Part shown: piece by piece, positions 8,076-18,284 of the stretch | Numbering within the stretch: the stretch's first letter is position 1 | Layout of the letters: each line of letters begins with the position of its first letter | NCBI GenBank assembly: GCA_963682135.1 | Contig: OY821645.1 | Location: 896,001 to 960,000, forward strand | From: Methanothrix sp. | GTDB lineage: Archaea > Halobacteriota > Methanosarcinia > Methanotrichales > Methanotrichaceae | Direction: 5' to 3' | Length of the DNA: 64,000 bases | Notes under the pieces: generated by a model | Seen by the model: the letters and a program-made list of their open reading frames with translations, nothing else | The model's database searches: none | Told to the model about the DNA's origin: nothing | Made by a program: the position numbers and the translations under genes

Positions 8076-10676
8076 TCATTTCTGCAAAGTGCTCCTCATC
8101 TCTCTCTGCTGCATTGAACACTCTGCAAGAACGCGGGCAAGATCCCCCAGCCGCACAGGTTTGCTGATGTAGTCGTCCATGCCGGCATCGATGCATCTTT
8201 TACGGTCTCCATCTAAAGCGTGCGCTGTGACGGCGATTATATGAGGCAATCCATTTTTCCAGTGTTTGCGAATAGCCTTTGCCGCTTCAAATCCGTCCAT
8301 CTCCGGCATTTGCAGATCCATGAGAACCACGTCGTAGTCCTGGCGCACCAAAGCCTGCAAGACCTCCCTGCCATTGACTGCCACATCTGCTCTGAGCCCC
8401 AGCTTCTTGAGCATGAGCAGGGCAACCTTCTGATTCACCAGATTATCTTCTGCTAACAAGAGCTTCAAATGATCCGGAATATCATACGACAAACCCAACT
8501 CGAGAGGCTTATCTTGCATCTGCAAACATTGCTCAGGCGTTGCCGCATCGGCTATAATTGTGAAGCTGAATGTGCTTCCCTTGCCAACTTCGCTTTTCAC
8601 CCAAATGGTCCCACCCATAAGCTGCACCAGTTTTTTGCTGATGGCCAGACCTAAACCCGTTCCGCCGTACTTGCGGGTGGTCGACATATCCACCTGGCTA
8701 AAGGACTGGAAGAGGCTATGCATGCGATCCAGAGGAATGCCGATCCCCGTATCACTAACCGAGAAGAACAGCTTGGTCCGTCCATTCTCCATGCTTTCGC
8801 TCGATACATGCACAGATACCTCACCACGATCTGTAAACTTGATCGCATTGCCGAGGAGGTTTATTAAGACCTGGGAAATGCTGGTGACGTCTCCATGCAG
8901 CCTCTTGGGAATATTGGCATCAATATGATGATAAAAGTGGATGTACTTCTCTGCGGCGATGGGCGTGAGCAAATCCATTGCCTCTTCAATACATTTGCTC
9001 AGTTCGAAGGGCTGCTTTTCCATCTCTCTCTTGCCTTCTTCGATCTTAGTGAAGTCCAGGATATTATTGATAACGGACATAAGGACATCACCACTGCAAC
9101 GCACAGTCTCCAAATAGTCTCTTTGATCCGGCTCCAGGGGGGTATCAAGAAGTATTCCCGTCATACCTATGATGGCATTGAGGGGAGTTCTGATCTCATG
9201 ACTCATGTTAGCTAAGAACTCGGATTTGGCGCAAGCCGCGGCTTCCGCTTCATCTTTAGCTATGCGAAGAGCCTCCTGCGCCTTTTTACTCTCCGTAATA
9301 TTGCGTACGGATTCGATGGCGCCGGTGATATTGCCATCCGAATCGTAAAGCACGGTCGCACTCCCCTGCAAAAAAACCCCACAACCTCTCATATTGGGCA
9401 GGAAGGCTTCCCGATATAAACTGCCATCTTCCTGTCTCACCAGGTTTTCGTAAAGACTATCGATGGTCCAATCCTTTTTGCCCCACTCGTCATATTTATC
9501 CAGTGATGCCTTATTATATTCAATCACGAGATCGGCCAGCATCGGTCGACGTTTGCCGTAAAAAGGAAGTGCATGCTCATGGTCGCCCTTTCCCAGCATC
9601 TCTCTGGCTGTAATTCCAGTCATAATCTCAATTGCCCGATTCCAGGCTATGACCGTGCCCTGCCTGTCAATAACAAAAGTGGGGTCCGGCAGGAAATTAA
9701 TGATATCCGCCAGACGGTTCTCGGAGTCTTTTTGCGCATCTTCAGCATCTTTTCGCGCAGTTATATCTCTTATGGATTCAATAGCTCCAATCAATTCTCC
9801 CTCGTCATCACGAAGAGGAGATGCCGTAGCCCAGATATAGGTTCTCTGGCCGCCCAATAAAAAAGGTGCGGCGGTTTCCGCAAATAGCGTATCACCTTTT
9901 CTTTCCACATAACGGTATTGAGACCTTATATCTGGATTTTCGTCATAGATCAAGTCGACCAGAATCGGCCGTCGCTCTCCATAGAAAGGAACTGCGTATG
10001 CATAGTCGCCTTTTCCGATTATTTCCTGTTTTTTGACGCCGGTAATCTCTTCTATGGCCCGGTTCCAGGCAATTACTTTGCGATTCTTGTCAATGACGAA
10101 GGTGGCATCAGGCAGAAAGTCAATTATGTCCATAAGCTGGCGGCGGGTGAGATTCGCCACCTCGTCAGGGCCATAGCCCATCTTTACTTCCTCGCAAATG
10201 AGCTGATTTGCTCCATTTTCCTGCTGGACGGCTGCAAATCTTATGGTCTTTTTCGTCCCATCCTTGCAGGTTACCGTAAACGTCCGGCACCTTTTTACAC
10301 CGGCTCCAATTTCATTCATGTCATTGATCCAGGTAGCTATGGCGAACCTTCGATAATCCGAGTCAGGATAGGCTCTCTTAAACCATTCTTTTCCGCAAGA
10401 AACCTCCTGCGGACCATAGCCGAAAATATCGATAAATTTTGGGTTTATGCTGCTAAAGGTTCCATCTTTTTCAATAATGGCAATGGCCAATGGAGCATTC
10501 TCAATAATGCTGGCGATGTTGCGACTGCGATCTTCCAGCTCTTCCAGGCCGACTCGAAGGCGCTCCATCATTTCTGAAACGGTCTGACAGGTCGGGCAGG
10601 TTGTTGCGATCTTGCCGATCAACTCATCCAACGTGATGCTGACATCATTTATTTTATCGCTAAAGTAGCTGCCCAT
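8076..10676 (-). CDS. Cytoplasmic PAS-domain hybrid histidine kinase/response regulator
   Basis: Three PAS domains, [13 protein letters not shown]-box, NLLGNAIKFT, GGTGLGL, C-terminal REC (MDLQMPEMDG). Confidence 0.93.
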   Translation of the reverse strand: MGSYFSDKINDVSITLDELIGKIATTCPTCQTVSEMMERLRVGLEELEDRSRNIASIIENAPLAIAIIEKDGTFSSINPKFIDIFGYGPQEVSCGKEWFKRAYPDSDYRRFAIATWINDMNEIGAGVKRCRTFTVTCKDGTKKTIRFAAVQQENGANQLICEEVKMGYGPDEVANLTRRQLMDIIDFLPDATFVIDKNRKVIAWNRAIEEITGVKKQEIIGKGDYAYAVPFYGERRPILVDLIYDENPDIRSQYRYVERKGDTLFAETAAPFLLGGQRTYIWATASPLRDDEGELIGAIESIRDITARKDAEDAQKDSENRLADIINFLPDPTFVIDRQGTVIAWNRAIEIMTGITAREMLGKGDHEHALPFYGKRRPMLADLVIEYNKASLDKYDEWGKKDWTIDSLYENLVRQEDGSLYREAFLPNMRGCGVFLQGSATVLYDSDGNITGAIESVRNITESKKAQEALRIAKDEAEAAACAKSEFLANMSHEIRTPLNAIIGMTGILLDTPLEPDQRDYLETVRCSGDVLMSVINNILDFTKIEEGKREMEKQPFELSKCIEEAMDLLTPIAAEKYIHFYHHIDANIPKRLHGDVTSISQVLINLLGNAIKFTDRGEVSVHVSSESMENGRTKLFFSVSDTGIGIPLDRMHSLFQSFSQVDMSTTRKYGGTGLGLAISKKLVQLMGGTIWVKSEVGKGSTFSFTIIADAATPEQCLQMQDKPLELGLSYDIPDHLKLLLAEDNLVNQKVALLMLKKLGLRADVAVNGREVLQALVRQDYDVVLMDLQMPEMDGFEAAKAIRKHWKNGLPHIIAVTAHALDGDRKRCIDAGMDDYISKPVRLGDLARVLAECSMQQREMRSTLQK

Positions 10677-10723
10677 AACTAAGACACCAAATTAAGGAAG
10701 AGCATTAACATTCATATTAATAT

Positions 10724-11011
10724 TCATTTCGATTGGCCTAATTTGGACTCAATCGTGATATCCTTATCCAGGCGATAATCGATATGAATAGTGGTTATTA
10801 TTCTCTGCACACCCATATCAGCCAGCTTTTTGTTTGCTTCTTCGATCACCTCAAAAAGCCGCCCAAAGCTGCTCGCCTCAACGGCTGTAGACATCGGTCC
10901 GGCTACGAATTTGATGCCGGACTGATTCAAGAGTTCATGAACCGTCCGCACATATTGAGAGGCGCTGGTCCCAGTGCCCATGGGAATGGTAGAGAAATCC
11001 GCTACGATCAT
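10724..11011 (-). CDS. MTH1187/YkoF-family thiamine-binding protein
   Basis: MIVADFSTIPMGTGTSASQYV...GPMSTAVE...IDYRLDK. Confidence 0.85.
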   Translation of the reverse strand: MIVADFSTIPMGTGTSASQYVRTVHELLNQSGIKFVAGPMSTAVEASSFGRLFEVIEEANKKLADMGVQRIITTIHIDYRLDKDITIESKLGQSK

Positions 11012-11105
11012 AATAGCACATAAATCTGCAGATATAGAAAAGTTTTGAAGATCCGGCCAAAAGGGCATCGCTTCGGCCCGGTTTACATGATCCAAACCGG
11101 AGAGC

Positions 11106-11762
11106 CTAAGCAGACGGCAAAAGAGCGAGAAGCTTCTTCGCCGATACAACCGGATCTTCTGCTTCATAGACCGATCTGCCCACAATCAGATAATTTGCGC
11201 CCGCCTGCACAGCTGCACCGGCAGAGCCACCCTGGGCACCCACGCCGGGCGAGATGATGATACGCTCTCCGATGATGGAACGGATTTGCTTAATTCTATC
11301 CGGGCGCGTGGCAGGAGCCACCACTCCGGCTGCGTTCACCTCTACAGCCAGCCGGGCCATCTTCTCGGCCAGAGGTGCCATAAACAGCTCTGCACCGGGA
11401 TGGCTCATCTCTGTGACCACAAAGAGATCGGCATCATGCTCTGCGGCGCTCTTAGCACAGGCCTGCAAAGAGTCCTTTCCCGGGAAGGCCTGAGCGATGA
11501 TTCCGCACGCTCCAGCATCGAGAACCGCCTGACAGATGAGGCGGTTGGTGTTGGGAATGTCAGCCACCTTCAGATCGGCAATTACAGGTGCAAGAGCACT
11601 GATCTCGGTTATGATTCCCAGGCCGGACGAGAGGATAAGCGGATAGCCGATCTTGATGGCGTCGAAGTGATCTTTGAGTTGCACGGCTAAGGAGAGAGCC
11701 CGTTCTCGCATTGTGACATCCAATGCCAAAATCAGCCTTGTTTCACTCTTCATGTGCATCAT
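11106..11762 (-). CDS. pyrF: Orotidine-5'-phosphate decarboxylase
   Basis: LILALD, DLKVADIPNT, SPGVGAQGG, IVGRS. Confidence 0.95.
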   Translation of the reverse strand: MMHMKSETRLILALDVTMRERALSLAVQLKDHFDAIKIGYPLILSSGLGIITEISALAPVIADLKVADIPNTNRLICQAVLDAGACGIIAQAFPGKDSLQACAKSAAEHDADLFVVTEMSHPGAELFMAPLAEKMARLAVEVNAAGVVAPATRPDRIKQIRSIIGERIIISPGVGAQGGSAGAAVQAGANYLIVGRSVYEAEDPVVSAKKLLALLPSA

Positions 11763-11778
11763 ACCGCCTTCGTCTTCC

Positions 11779-12417
11779 CTAAATGAAGCCGTCGATCAGT
11801 ACCATTGCCTCTCGCAGATCGCCCACTACCTCGCGACCGGAGCGCTCTCCCTTGCGGTCTAAGAAGAGGGCATCCAGACCTGCCTCCAGGGGAGACTCAT
11901 AATCGTAATTGTAATGATCGCCGATATGCAGAACCTCGAAGGGCTTCACGCCCATGTGAGCGCAGACTGTGCCGTAGATCAGAGGCGATTTCTTTACCTC
12001 CCGGAAATCAGAGGTGGCGGAAAAGATCTCTCTAAAGTAGTCCGACAGGCCCTCCAGCTCAAAGTCGATGAACTCGCGAGCAGCGTTGGATGTCACTACC
12101 AGATCGTAGCTTTCACTGAGCTGATCCAGCACCTCCTGCACCTCAGGATAGGTCTCAATCTCGTCCTCGTACATCTGCAATAGCTCTTCCTTGCCCACCT
12201 TCAGCCCAAACTTATCGATCCAGTAGAGCAGGTCGTACCACTCCAAATGGTCGCTTCCTATCTTCATGTACTCGCCGACAACGTATTCCTTGGCAGAGAG
12301 AAAGTCCAGGCCGGTCTTTTCAGCATAAAGCATGGGCATGCCTTCCATCCAAACCTTGTCCACGAACCTGGAGTTAACCAGGGTGCCGTCCATGTCCAGG
12401 GATATGACGCGAATCAT
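11779..12417 (-). CDS. HAD-superfamily hydrolase
   Basis: DMDGTL motif I, TSNA, HIGD...D. Confidence 0.88.
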   Translation of the reverse strand: MIRVISLDMDGTLVNSRFVDKVWMEGMPMLYAEKTGLDFLSAKEYVVGEYMKIGSDHLEWYDLLYWIDKFGLKVGKEELLQMYEDEIETYPEVQEVLDQLSESYDLVVTSNAAREFIDFELEGLSDYFREIFSATSDFREVKKSPLIYGTVCAHMGVKPFEVLHIGDHYNYDYESPLEAGLDALFLDRKGERSGREVVGDLREAMVLIDGFI

Positions 12418-12565
12418 CTAATTCTCCGATATGAATAGAAATGAATCGCTGTATAGGTAATTATTCTTTTTGGGTCGAACGGGTCAAACGCTGGAGGTCG
12501 AATGCAGGGATTTGCTTTTGATGCAGTCCGAAAGATGCTTGTATCTCCTTCTCGTCTTTAGAGCC

Positions 12566-13171
12566 ATGCGCAATTTCATCGTTGTCGGTCACAAGGCCAC
12601 TACCACTCCCAATTTCTCCCTGGAAGACATCCCCGGCACCTCCGGACGCCTGGACATTCTCTGCCGGGCCGTCACTGCCTCCTTTGTCATCTCGCACGGC
12701 ATTCGAAAGGATGTCTGCGTCTACCTGATCCTGCTGGGCGGGGAGATTCCCAAGACGATTCAGCTTCGGGGCGAGACGCTGCGCCACCTCAACCCGGATG
12801 AGCGCACCACTGCAGCTCTGCTCAAGAAAGCTCTGGCGCTGCCCGCAGCAGCGGAGTGGCACATGTCTACCTCCGGCATCTTTGTGCGCACGGGCAGCCT
12901 CGCAGAGCTGCTGGCCGATCTGAAAGAAACAAAATTGGTCTACCTGCGCGAGGATGGTGCGGATATTCGCGGCCTTGAGGCAAGCGGCCTTTCCGGCGAG
13001 ACGGCCTTCATCCTGGGGGACCACACCGGCATGACTCCCGAAGAGGAGGCTCTGCTCGAGCAGGCCGGGGCAAAGGTCGTCTCCCTGGGGCCGACCAGCC
13101 TACATGCCGACCACTGCATTGTGCTCTTAAACTGGCTTTCCGATACTAACCTTTCTATACCTAGATGTTGA
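12566..13171 (+). CDS. trmY: tRNA (pseudouridine54-N1)-methyltransferase
   Basis: GRLDILCR, SHGIR, LNPDER, FILGDH, SLGPxxLHADHCI (SPOUT fold). Confidence 0.92.
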   Translation: MRNFIVVGHKATTTPNFSLEDIPGTSGRLDILCRAVTASFVISHGIRKDVCVYLILLGGEIPKTIQLRGETLRHLNPDERTTAALLKKALALPAAAEWHMSTSGIFVRTGSLAELLADLKETKLVYLREDGADIRGLEASGLSGETAFILGDHTGMTPEEEALLEQAGAKVVSLGPTSLHADHCIVLLNWLSDTNLSIPRC

Positions 13172-13180
13172 TTTTCATGT

Positions 13181-13675
13181 GTGCCACGCCCGAACGCAAG
13201 GGATCGCCAGTTCATGATGTATTTCCCATCCGAAGCTGATAGAGAGCGATGGAGAAAGAATGCCCGAAAATCAAAGATGCCCTTCACGGACTGGATCTAT
13301 TCCATGGTGGAGTCTAAGCTTGCAGACGAGGACGAAGGGGCCAGAACTGCACAAACAGTATCGACACTTGCCGAAAATAGACAGCTTCGTAGAGAGCTGC
13401 AAAAGAGCGAGGCTAGGATCAACGATCTGGATATGGAGATCTTCAAGCTGAGGGAGCAGAAATTCGCAGAGGATCAGGGGCGGGCACCAATCGATGAAAA
13501 ACTAGTCCAAGTGTTGCAAAAGAGTGGCATCTGGTCGAATGCCGCGATCTTAGAGGAGCTCGGCGTCGACCCTCATGACATTGAGGCAATTGAGTTGTTG
13601 AGCCGACAGCTCCAGCTATTGCAGGACATTAAATTGGTGCGTGAATCGGCTTGGGGTTGGCGATGGTTCGGCTAG
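13181..13675 (+). CDS. Hypothetical DNA-binding protein upstream of the integrase (RHH-like N-terminus, coiled coil, wHTH-like C-terminus)
   Basis: 164 aa, overlaps the integrase start; domain call is inferred from sequence pattern. Confidence 0.6.
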   Translation: MPRPNARDRQFMMYFPSEADRERWRKNARKSKMPFTDWIYSMVESKLADEDEGARTAQTVSTLAENRQLRRELQKSEARINDLDMEIFKLREQKFAEDQGRAPIDEKLVQVLQKSGIWSNAAILEELGVDPHDIEAIELLSRQLQLLQDIKLVRESAWGWRWFG

Positions 13676-14112
13676 AAGAATTCCGGGCAGACCTAGAGTT
13701 CCAGGGTCGATCCAAGAGCTATATGGACACCGTCCTCTGGGAAACGCGTCGTTACCTGGCCTGGACGCAGGCGCCAGAAACCCGAGCATCCTTGCTCGCA
13801 TACCTGGCCGACATGCGAAAAAAGGGAATACGCCAAAGCACGATTGAACGGGCATTCTCTAATCTATCTGTGTATTTTGACTACTTGGTCGAGATTGGCG
13901 AGCTCCAGCAAAATCCTATCCAGCCTCTAAAAAAGCGCTACCTTTCAGCCTACAAGGATGAGGTTCAACAGCGCCAACTAATATCTGTAGAGGCTGCGGG
14001 AAAAATGGTTCGAGCTACGACTGATACTAGTATTACAGTTCTAAATTAACATATCAATACTCCGCCGTCCTTGTCAGCAACAATCCCGCCAGCCATTTTA
14101 TCCATTTTGTAC

Positions 14113-15253
14113 GAGGATTCCTATAAACCAGCCCAATTCTTAATATAGAAATGTTTATATACTATTAACACCATTATATGTTATGAATTCTTTTACCACT
14201 TGGGTATTGCGAGGGCTTAGCGAGACGCAAGGTAAATCTCGGTTATCGCAGATATCGGATTTGATCGACTGGTTACCCATTCGCCGGATACTGGATGAGA
14301 TGTATGACAATAAGAGCGAAAAGGGTGGAAGGCCCAACTGCGATGTAATTTTGATGTTCAAGATCCTGATACTCCAACAATGGTACGGCTTGAGCGATTT
14401 GGAAATTGAGCGACAAATGGCTGACCGCATCTCGTTTATGTCATTTCTTGGTTTCCCTGATATGTTCCCCGATTCTAGGACGATATGGCTATTTAGAGAG
14501 CGCATGGCCAATGCTGGAAAAGATGAAGTTGTCTGGGCAGAACTTCAGAGGCAATTGGATGCTATGGGTTTACAGGTCAAACATGGAACGATCCAAGATG
14601 CCACGTTCATTGAAGCAGATCCCGGAAAGTTCAAGAAACCACGTGGAAAAGATGCTAAGACCCGCCGCAGTAGGGATGGGACAATAGCCAAGAAGGGCAA
14701 TGAATTCCATTTTGGCTACAAACTGCATCAAAAAACCGATATTGATTATTGCCTGATTCGTGAAATCGAGACTTCCACGGCTTCGTTGCATGATAGTCAG
14801 GTTGATCTCTCAATTGAGGATGAAGTGGTGTTAAGAGACAGGGGGTATTTTGGGGCAAAGGCCAGGGGAATAGATTTTACAATGAAGCGCAGGACAACCG
14901 ATAAGCCACTGGAGGAACTTGATAAGGAGCGAAATCGATTGATCAGCAAGCTAAGATCCCCAGGTGAGCGCCCCCATGCAGTGATCAAGAGAATTTTTAA
15001 CTCGGGCTGGGTGTTGGTTACAACGATAAAGAGGGTTCATATAAAAATGATGGCTACCGCCTTTGCTTTCAATTTATATCAGCTCTGCACTCTGAAAAAA
15101 GCCGGAATCATTTGAGCCTAGCGGACGCTGTCGAAGAATGATCAGAAAAGGGGGCTGACGAATGAAGTATTTAGCGAAATTGCCTCCTCGTGAAGCGAAT
15201 TATGCATGAATTTCTGAAAACAATCTCTTAAACCGAAGTAAATAGGAATCCTC
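14113..15253 (+). mobile_element. IS5-family element, 1141 bp, inserted in the IS630 transposase 3' end
   Basis: 12-bp perfect IR GAGGATTCCTAT/ATAGGAATCCTC; GTAC duplication at 14109-12 and 15254-57. Confidence 0.93.
14183..15115 (+). CDS. IS5-family DDE transposase
   Basis: GGRP, LQQWYGLSD, QDATFIEA, FGYKLH, DRGY, RSPGERP. Confidence 0.93.
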   Translation: MNSFTTWVLRGLSETQGKSRLSQISDLIDWLPIRRILDEMYDNKSEKGGRPNCDVILMFKILILQQWYGLSDLEIERQMADRISFMSFLGFPDMFPDSRTIWLFRERMANAGKDEVVWAELQRQLDAMGLQVKHGTIQDATFIEADPGKFKKPRGKDAKTRRSRDGTIAKKGNEFHFGYKLHQKTDIDYCLIREIETSTASLHDSQVDLSIEDEVVLRDRGYFGAKARGIDFTMKRRTTDKPLEELDKERNRLISKLRSPGERPHAVIKRIFNSGWVLVTTIKRVHIKMMATAFAFNLYQLCTLKKAGII

Positions 15254-16369
15254 GTACTTCCATTTAAATATTGTTGGAGTTTCATTCATGTCGTCTATAT
15301 ATTGACTCATGCGATCTTTCAACTCTTTTTTGGATGATACACGAATCCCTCTCAGCATGCTTCGAGTCATTTTGCTGAATAGGCTCTCGATTATGTTTAG
15401 CCATGAGGCATGTTTTGGTGTAAAGACAAAATGAAAGCGTTGCGGAACTGTTTTGAGATATCTCCTGGTTTCCTTAGATGTGTGTACGCGAACATTATCA
15501 AGAATAATAATTATTTTTATATCTTTCAGATAGGCTGAATCGACGCATTTTAAGAATTCAATGAACTCCCTACTTCTATGCCTGTCGAATATCTTATAAT
15601 GGACAGTCCCGGTTAAGAGATCAATCCCTGCAAGTAGGGATATTGTTCCGTGCCTTATATATTCATAGTCGCGAGAAAGCGTGGCATATTCACCTGACTC
15701 AGGCATTAAATCGGGATATTTATTTTCAATAGCTTGAATTCCTGGCTTCTCATCGTATGAAATGATAACCATGTCGAGCGGCTTATTTTCTTTGGACATC
15801 TGTTGAAGCAATTCTACCTGCTTGTAGGTATGTAGTACAACCACGCTCTTCGGCTCAAATTCCGGATCGATTGGAGCAAGGTATGATGAAATTTTATGAG
15901 GCTTTACGTTGCTAGCGCCAAGTATTTTTGAGACGGTTCCGCGAGATAACTTTGATAATTCTGGAAACCCATTATTTAAACAATGGTTCCGAATATGTTC
16001 TGCTAATAAACTTTGTGTCCATAATTCATATGAATATCCAAGGTCTAGTGGTTTTGAGCAAGCAAGAGACAGAATCCATGTTCTTGCGCCTGAGGATATT
16101 TTTCGTGGTCTGCCACTTCTTGGAAGATCTTCCAATGCTGCATATATTCCATAGGCGAAGGCTTTGTCAATCGTACGCTCAATTTTAGGCCGATTGGTTT
16201 CTAAGTCTCGTGCAATTTGCGAAATTGATTTGCCCTCATAATACTCAAGAAGGATTTTGGAATGATCTACTGCTCTTTCAGGGAGCGTTCTTGACTTGCT
16301 AGCTTTATTAAGGCACTCAAGCTCTTCTTCAGTTAATTGCAGAGCAGGCCGCTTACTCACAAATGGCAT
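15200..16369 (-). CDS. IS630-family transposase with its C-terminus displaced by IS5
   Basis: DLPRSGRP, YDEKPGIQA, EYIRHGT, LDN, TPKHASWLNIIE; the original tail KMDKMAGGIVADKDGGVLIC* lies at 14046-14108. Confidence 0.9.
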   Translation of the reverse strand: MPFVSKRPALQLTEEELECLNKASKSRTLPERAVDHSKILLEYYEGKSISQIARDLETNRPKIERTIDKAFAYGIYAALEDLPRSGRPRKISSGARTWILSLACSKPLDLGYSYELWTQSLLAEHIRNHCLNNGFPELSKLSRGTVSKILGASNVKPHKISSYLAPIDPEFEPKSVVVLHTYKQVELLQQMSKENKPLDMVIISYDEKPGIQAIENKYPDLMPESGEYATLSRDYEYIRHGTISLLAGIDLLTGTVHYKIFDRHRSREFIEFLKCVDSAYLKDIKIIIILDNVRVHTSKETRRYLKTVPQRFHFVFTPKHASWLNIIESLFSKMTRSMLRGIRVSSKKELKDRMSQYIDDMNETPTIFKWKYEDSYLLRFKRLFSEIHA

Positions 16370-17177
16370 GATCTCTGATTGAGTTCCAAGTATTAATATA
16401 TTGCTATGTTATTTTGGAAGCTAAACACTAGAGACAGGGCTGTGCTCACGATCCTGCTGAAGACCGGAATCAGGCGAGGAGAGCTTTTAGCCTTGGACGT
16501 AGCTGATGCGGACCTGCCCGCTCGACAGATCCAACTGAAGCCCGCGGCGAAAAGGACCAACAGAACAGTGTTTTTAGATGAAGAGGCCGCCCGATCCATC
16601 AAACGATGGCTTGCTGCAAGAGAGACGCGCTATCGGAAGCCCAAGGAGCAAGCCTTATTCGTGAGCAATAAAGGCACGAGGCTGGAGAGATCGGCAATTG
16701 ATGCTATGGTACGACGAGCGGGAGAGAGAGCCGGTCTGCATGACTGTGTTTCGGCGAAGCTGGAAGACAAGTTCACGCCCCATTGTTGCAGGCATTGGTT
16801 CACTACCCATCTCCTCCGAGCAGGCATGGAGCGGTCATATGTTCAATGGTTGAGAGGAGATTCAATAAGAGAAGCTGTAGACATCTATTATCATATCAAT
16901 CCAGAGGATGTTCGCCGGCCCTACCTGACGCATATCCCTCAGCTCGGGATTTGAATTTGTGCGCTGTACCTCTGTCGGAGCTTGGCCGGATCCAGCCAGC
17001 GTGACACTACGGATAGGAGGGCTGGCTTTCGGGGAAATTGTTTTTGTCATATGCGCCTTCTGTATCATTAGAATGATGTGACACTAGCCAGAAGCACCTC
17101 GGAACGACCAGGATATGTAGGTGAATATGGGGCTTATACTCCGTTGGCACATTATTATCAAGATAATATACTGTCAA

Positions 17178-17534
17178 TTATCCATTAAAATGATCTTTGC
17201 TTGTCTCCGATGCAAAGTCCTCAAAGTTCTTTTGGTAGGCAATGCCAATAGGGGTCGATCTATACCCGTTCTCAATCTTTTCTATTACAACAGCCCTTTC
17301 TAAAAGTCCGAGGTGAAGTTCGACTGCGGCTTCATTCAATCCAAAGTTTCTCTCAATCTCTTCCTTAGACTTAATCCCTGAGCCAATATATTTCATGATT
17401 TTGCGCCTAATTGGCAACTGTAACACTTCACCTGCAAACCTGTGACCATTCGATGTCTCATACCACTTCTTATCTTCTCCAGGCGCAGATGGCTTAAAAA
17501 GATCCCATCCACTCTGGCCAGAATCGATATTCAT
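17178..17534 (-). CDS. ArsR-like winged-helix protein
   Basis: PIRRKIMKYI...HLGLLE...YRSTPIG. Confidence 0.7.
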   Translation of the reverse strand: MNIDSGQSGWDLFKPSAPGEDKKWYETSNGHRFAGEVLQLPIRRKIMKYIGSGIKSKEEIERNFGLNEAAVELHLGLLERAVVIEKIENGYRSTPIGIAYQKNFEDFASETSKDHFNG

Positions 17535-17638
17535 AATAGCGGCAATTTCAAACTCATATAAATATGATTTGGTTCAAGATGGCTTTGCATGTAAAGTCGC
17601 TCTTGCGGCAAGACTTGCACCTGTCCGGATCTCACGGC

Positions 17639-17890
17639 CTGATGGACATACAGATGCCGGAGATGGATGGTTTTCAAGCCACCAGAGAAATTCGAAAGCG
17701 ATTGGCATCTCAAGATCGACCGAAGATTATCGCCATCACGGCCTATGCGCTCGAAGGTGATCAAGAAAGGTGTTTGGCAGCCGGAATGGATAATTATATT
17801 AGCAAACCTTTGAGGTTGGATAAATTGCGGTCTGTCCTCGAACCTTATGGAGCCTTAGCAGGGGAGCCGCCCCTTCAGAAGACCTCATAG
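17639..17890 (+). pseudogene. C-terminal fragment of a receiver domain
   Basis: [11 protein letters not shown]...[28 protein letters not shown] with no N-terminal half. Confidence 0.75.
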
Positions 17891-17899
17891 GCCCTGCAA

Positions 17900-18223
17900 T
17901 TGGCGGCTCTTAGACACCAACGTATTTATGTAGGGATGAGGATTTATTTAGCCAAAGGAAATGGGGTGTTACTACAATTGTCTAATTCCAAGAGTCCGTT
18001 ACTTGCTGTGATATTGAACCTCATTATTGCCGGTTTGGGTCACGTCTATTTGGGGTACAACAAGCGAGGAATAGTCCTGTTCCTGCTCTCGGCGCTGATA
18101 GCAATCATCAGCTCGGGATTGGGCTGGATTGTGGGAGTCATCTTATGCTCTTACGATGCCTGGCAGCTTGCACAGCATCGGCCGGCTCCCTTCGACTTCC
18201 TGGAGAAATATATCGAAGAATAG
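17900..18223 (+). CDS. Small TM2-like membrane protein (start uncertain)
   Basis: KSPLLAVILNLIIAGLGHVYLG. Confidence 0.75.
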   Translation: MAALRHQRIYVGMRIYLAKGNGVLLQLSNSKSPLLAVILNLIIAGLGHVYLGYNKRGIVLFLLSALIAIISSGLGWIVGVILCSYDAWQLAQHRPAPFDFLEKYIEE

Positions 18224-18284
18224 GTGATCGCCCAGTTATCCAAAGCATTGCAGTTATATGTCTTGAAGCACAAATTGAAATGGA

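Larger units (their letters stand above)
14030..16428 (-). mobile_element. IS630-family element (~1254 bp once the nested IS5 is removed)
   Basis: TA duplication (14028-29 and 16429-30) within CTAG; 30-bp imperfect terminal IRs GTATTACAGTTCTAAATTAACATATCAATA / GTGTTTAGCTTCCAAAATAACATAGCAATA (22/30). Confidence 0.9.
13663..16954 (+). pseudogene. Tyrosine recombinase/integrase interrupted by nested IS elements
   Basis: 13663-14029 joined to 16431-16954 gives an in-frame 296-aa ORF (TTDT|RDRAVL) with TGIRRGE, HCCRH, RGD and Y catalytic motifs. Confidence 0.9.
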
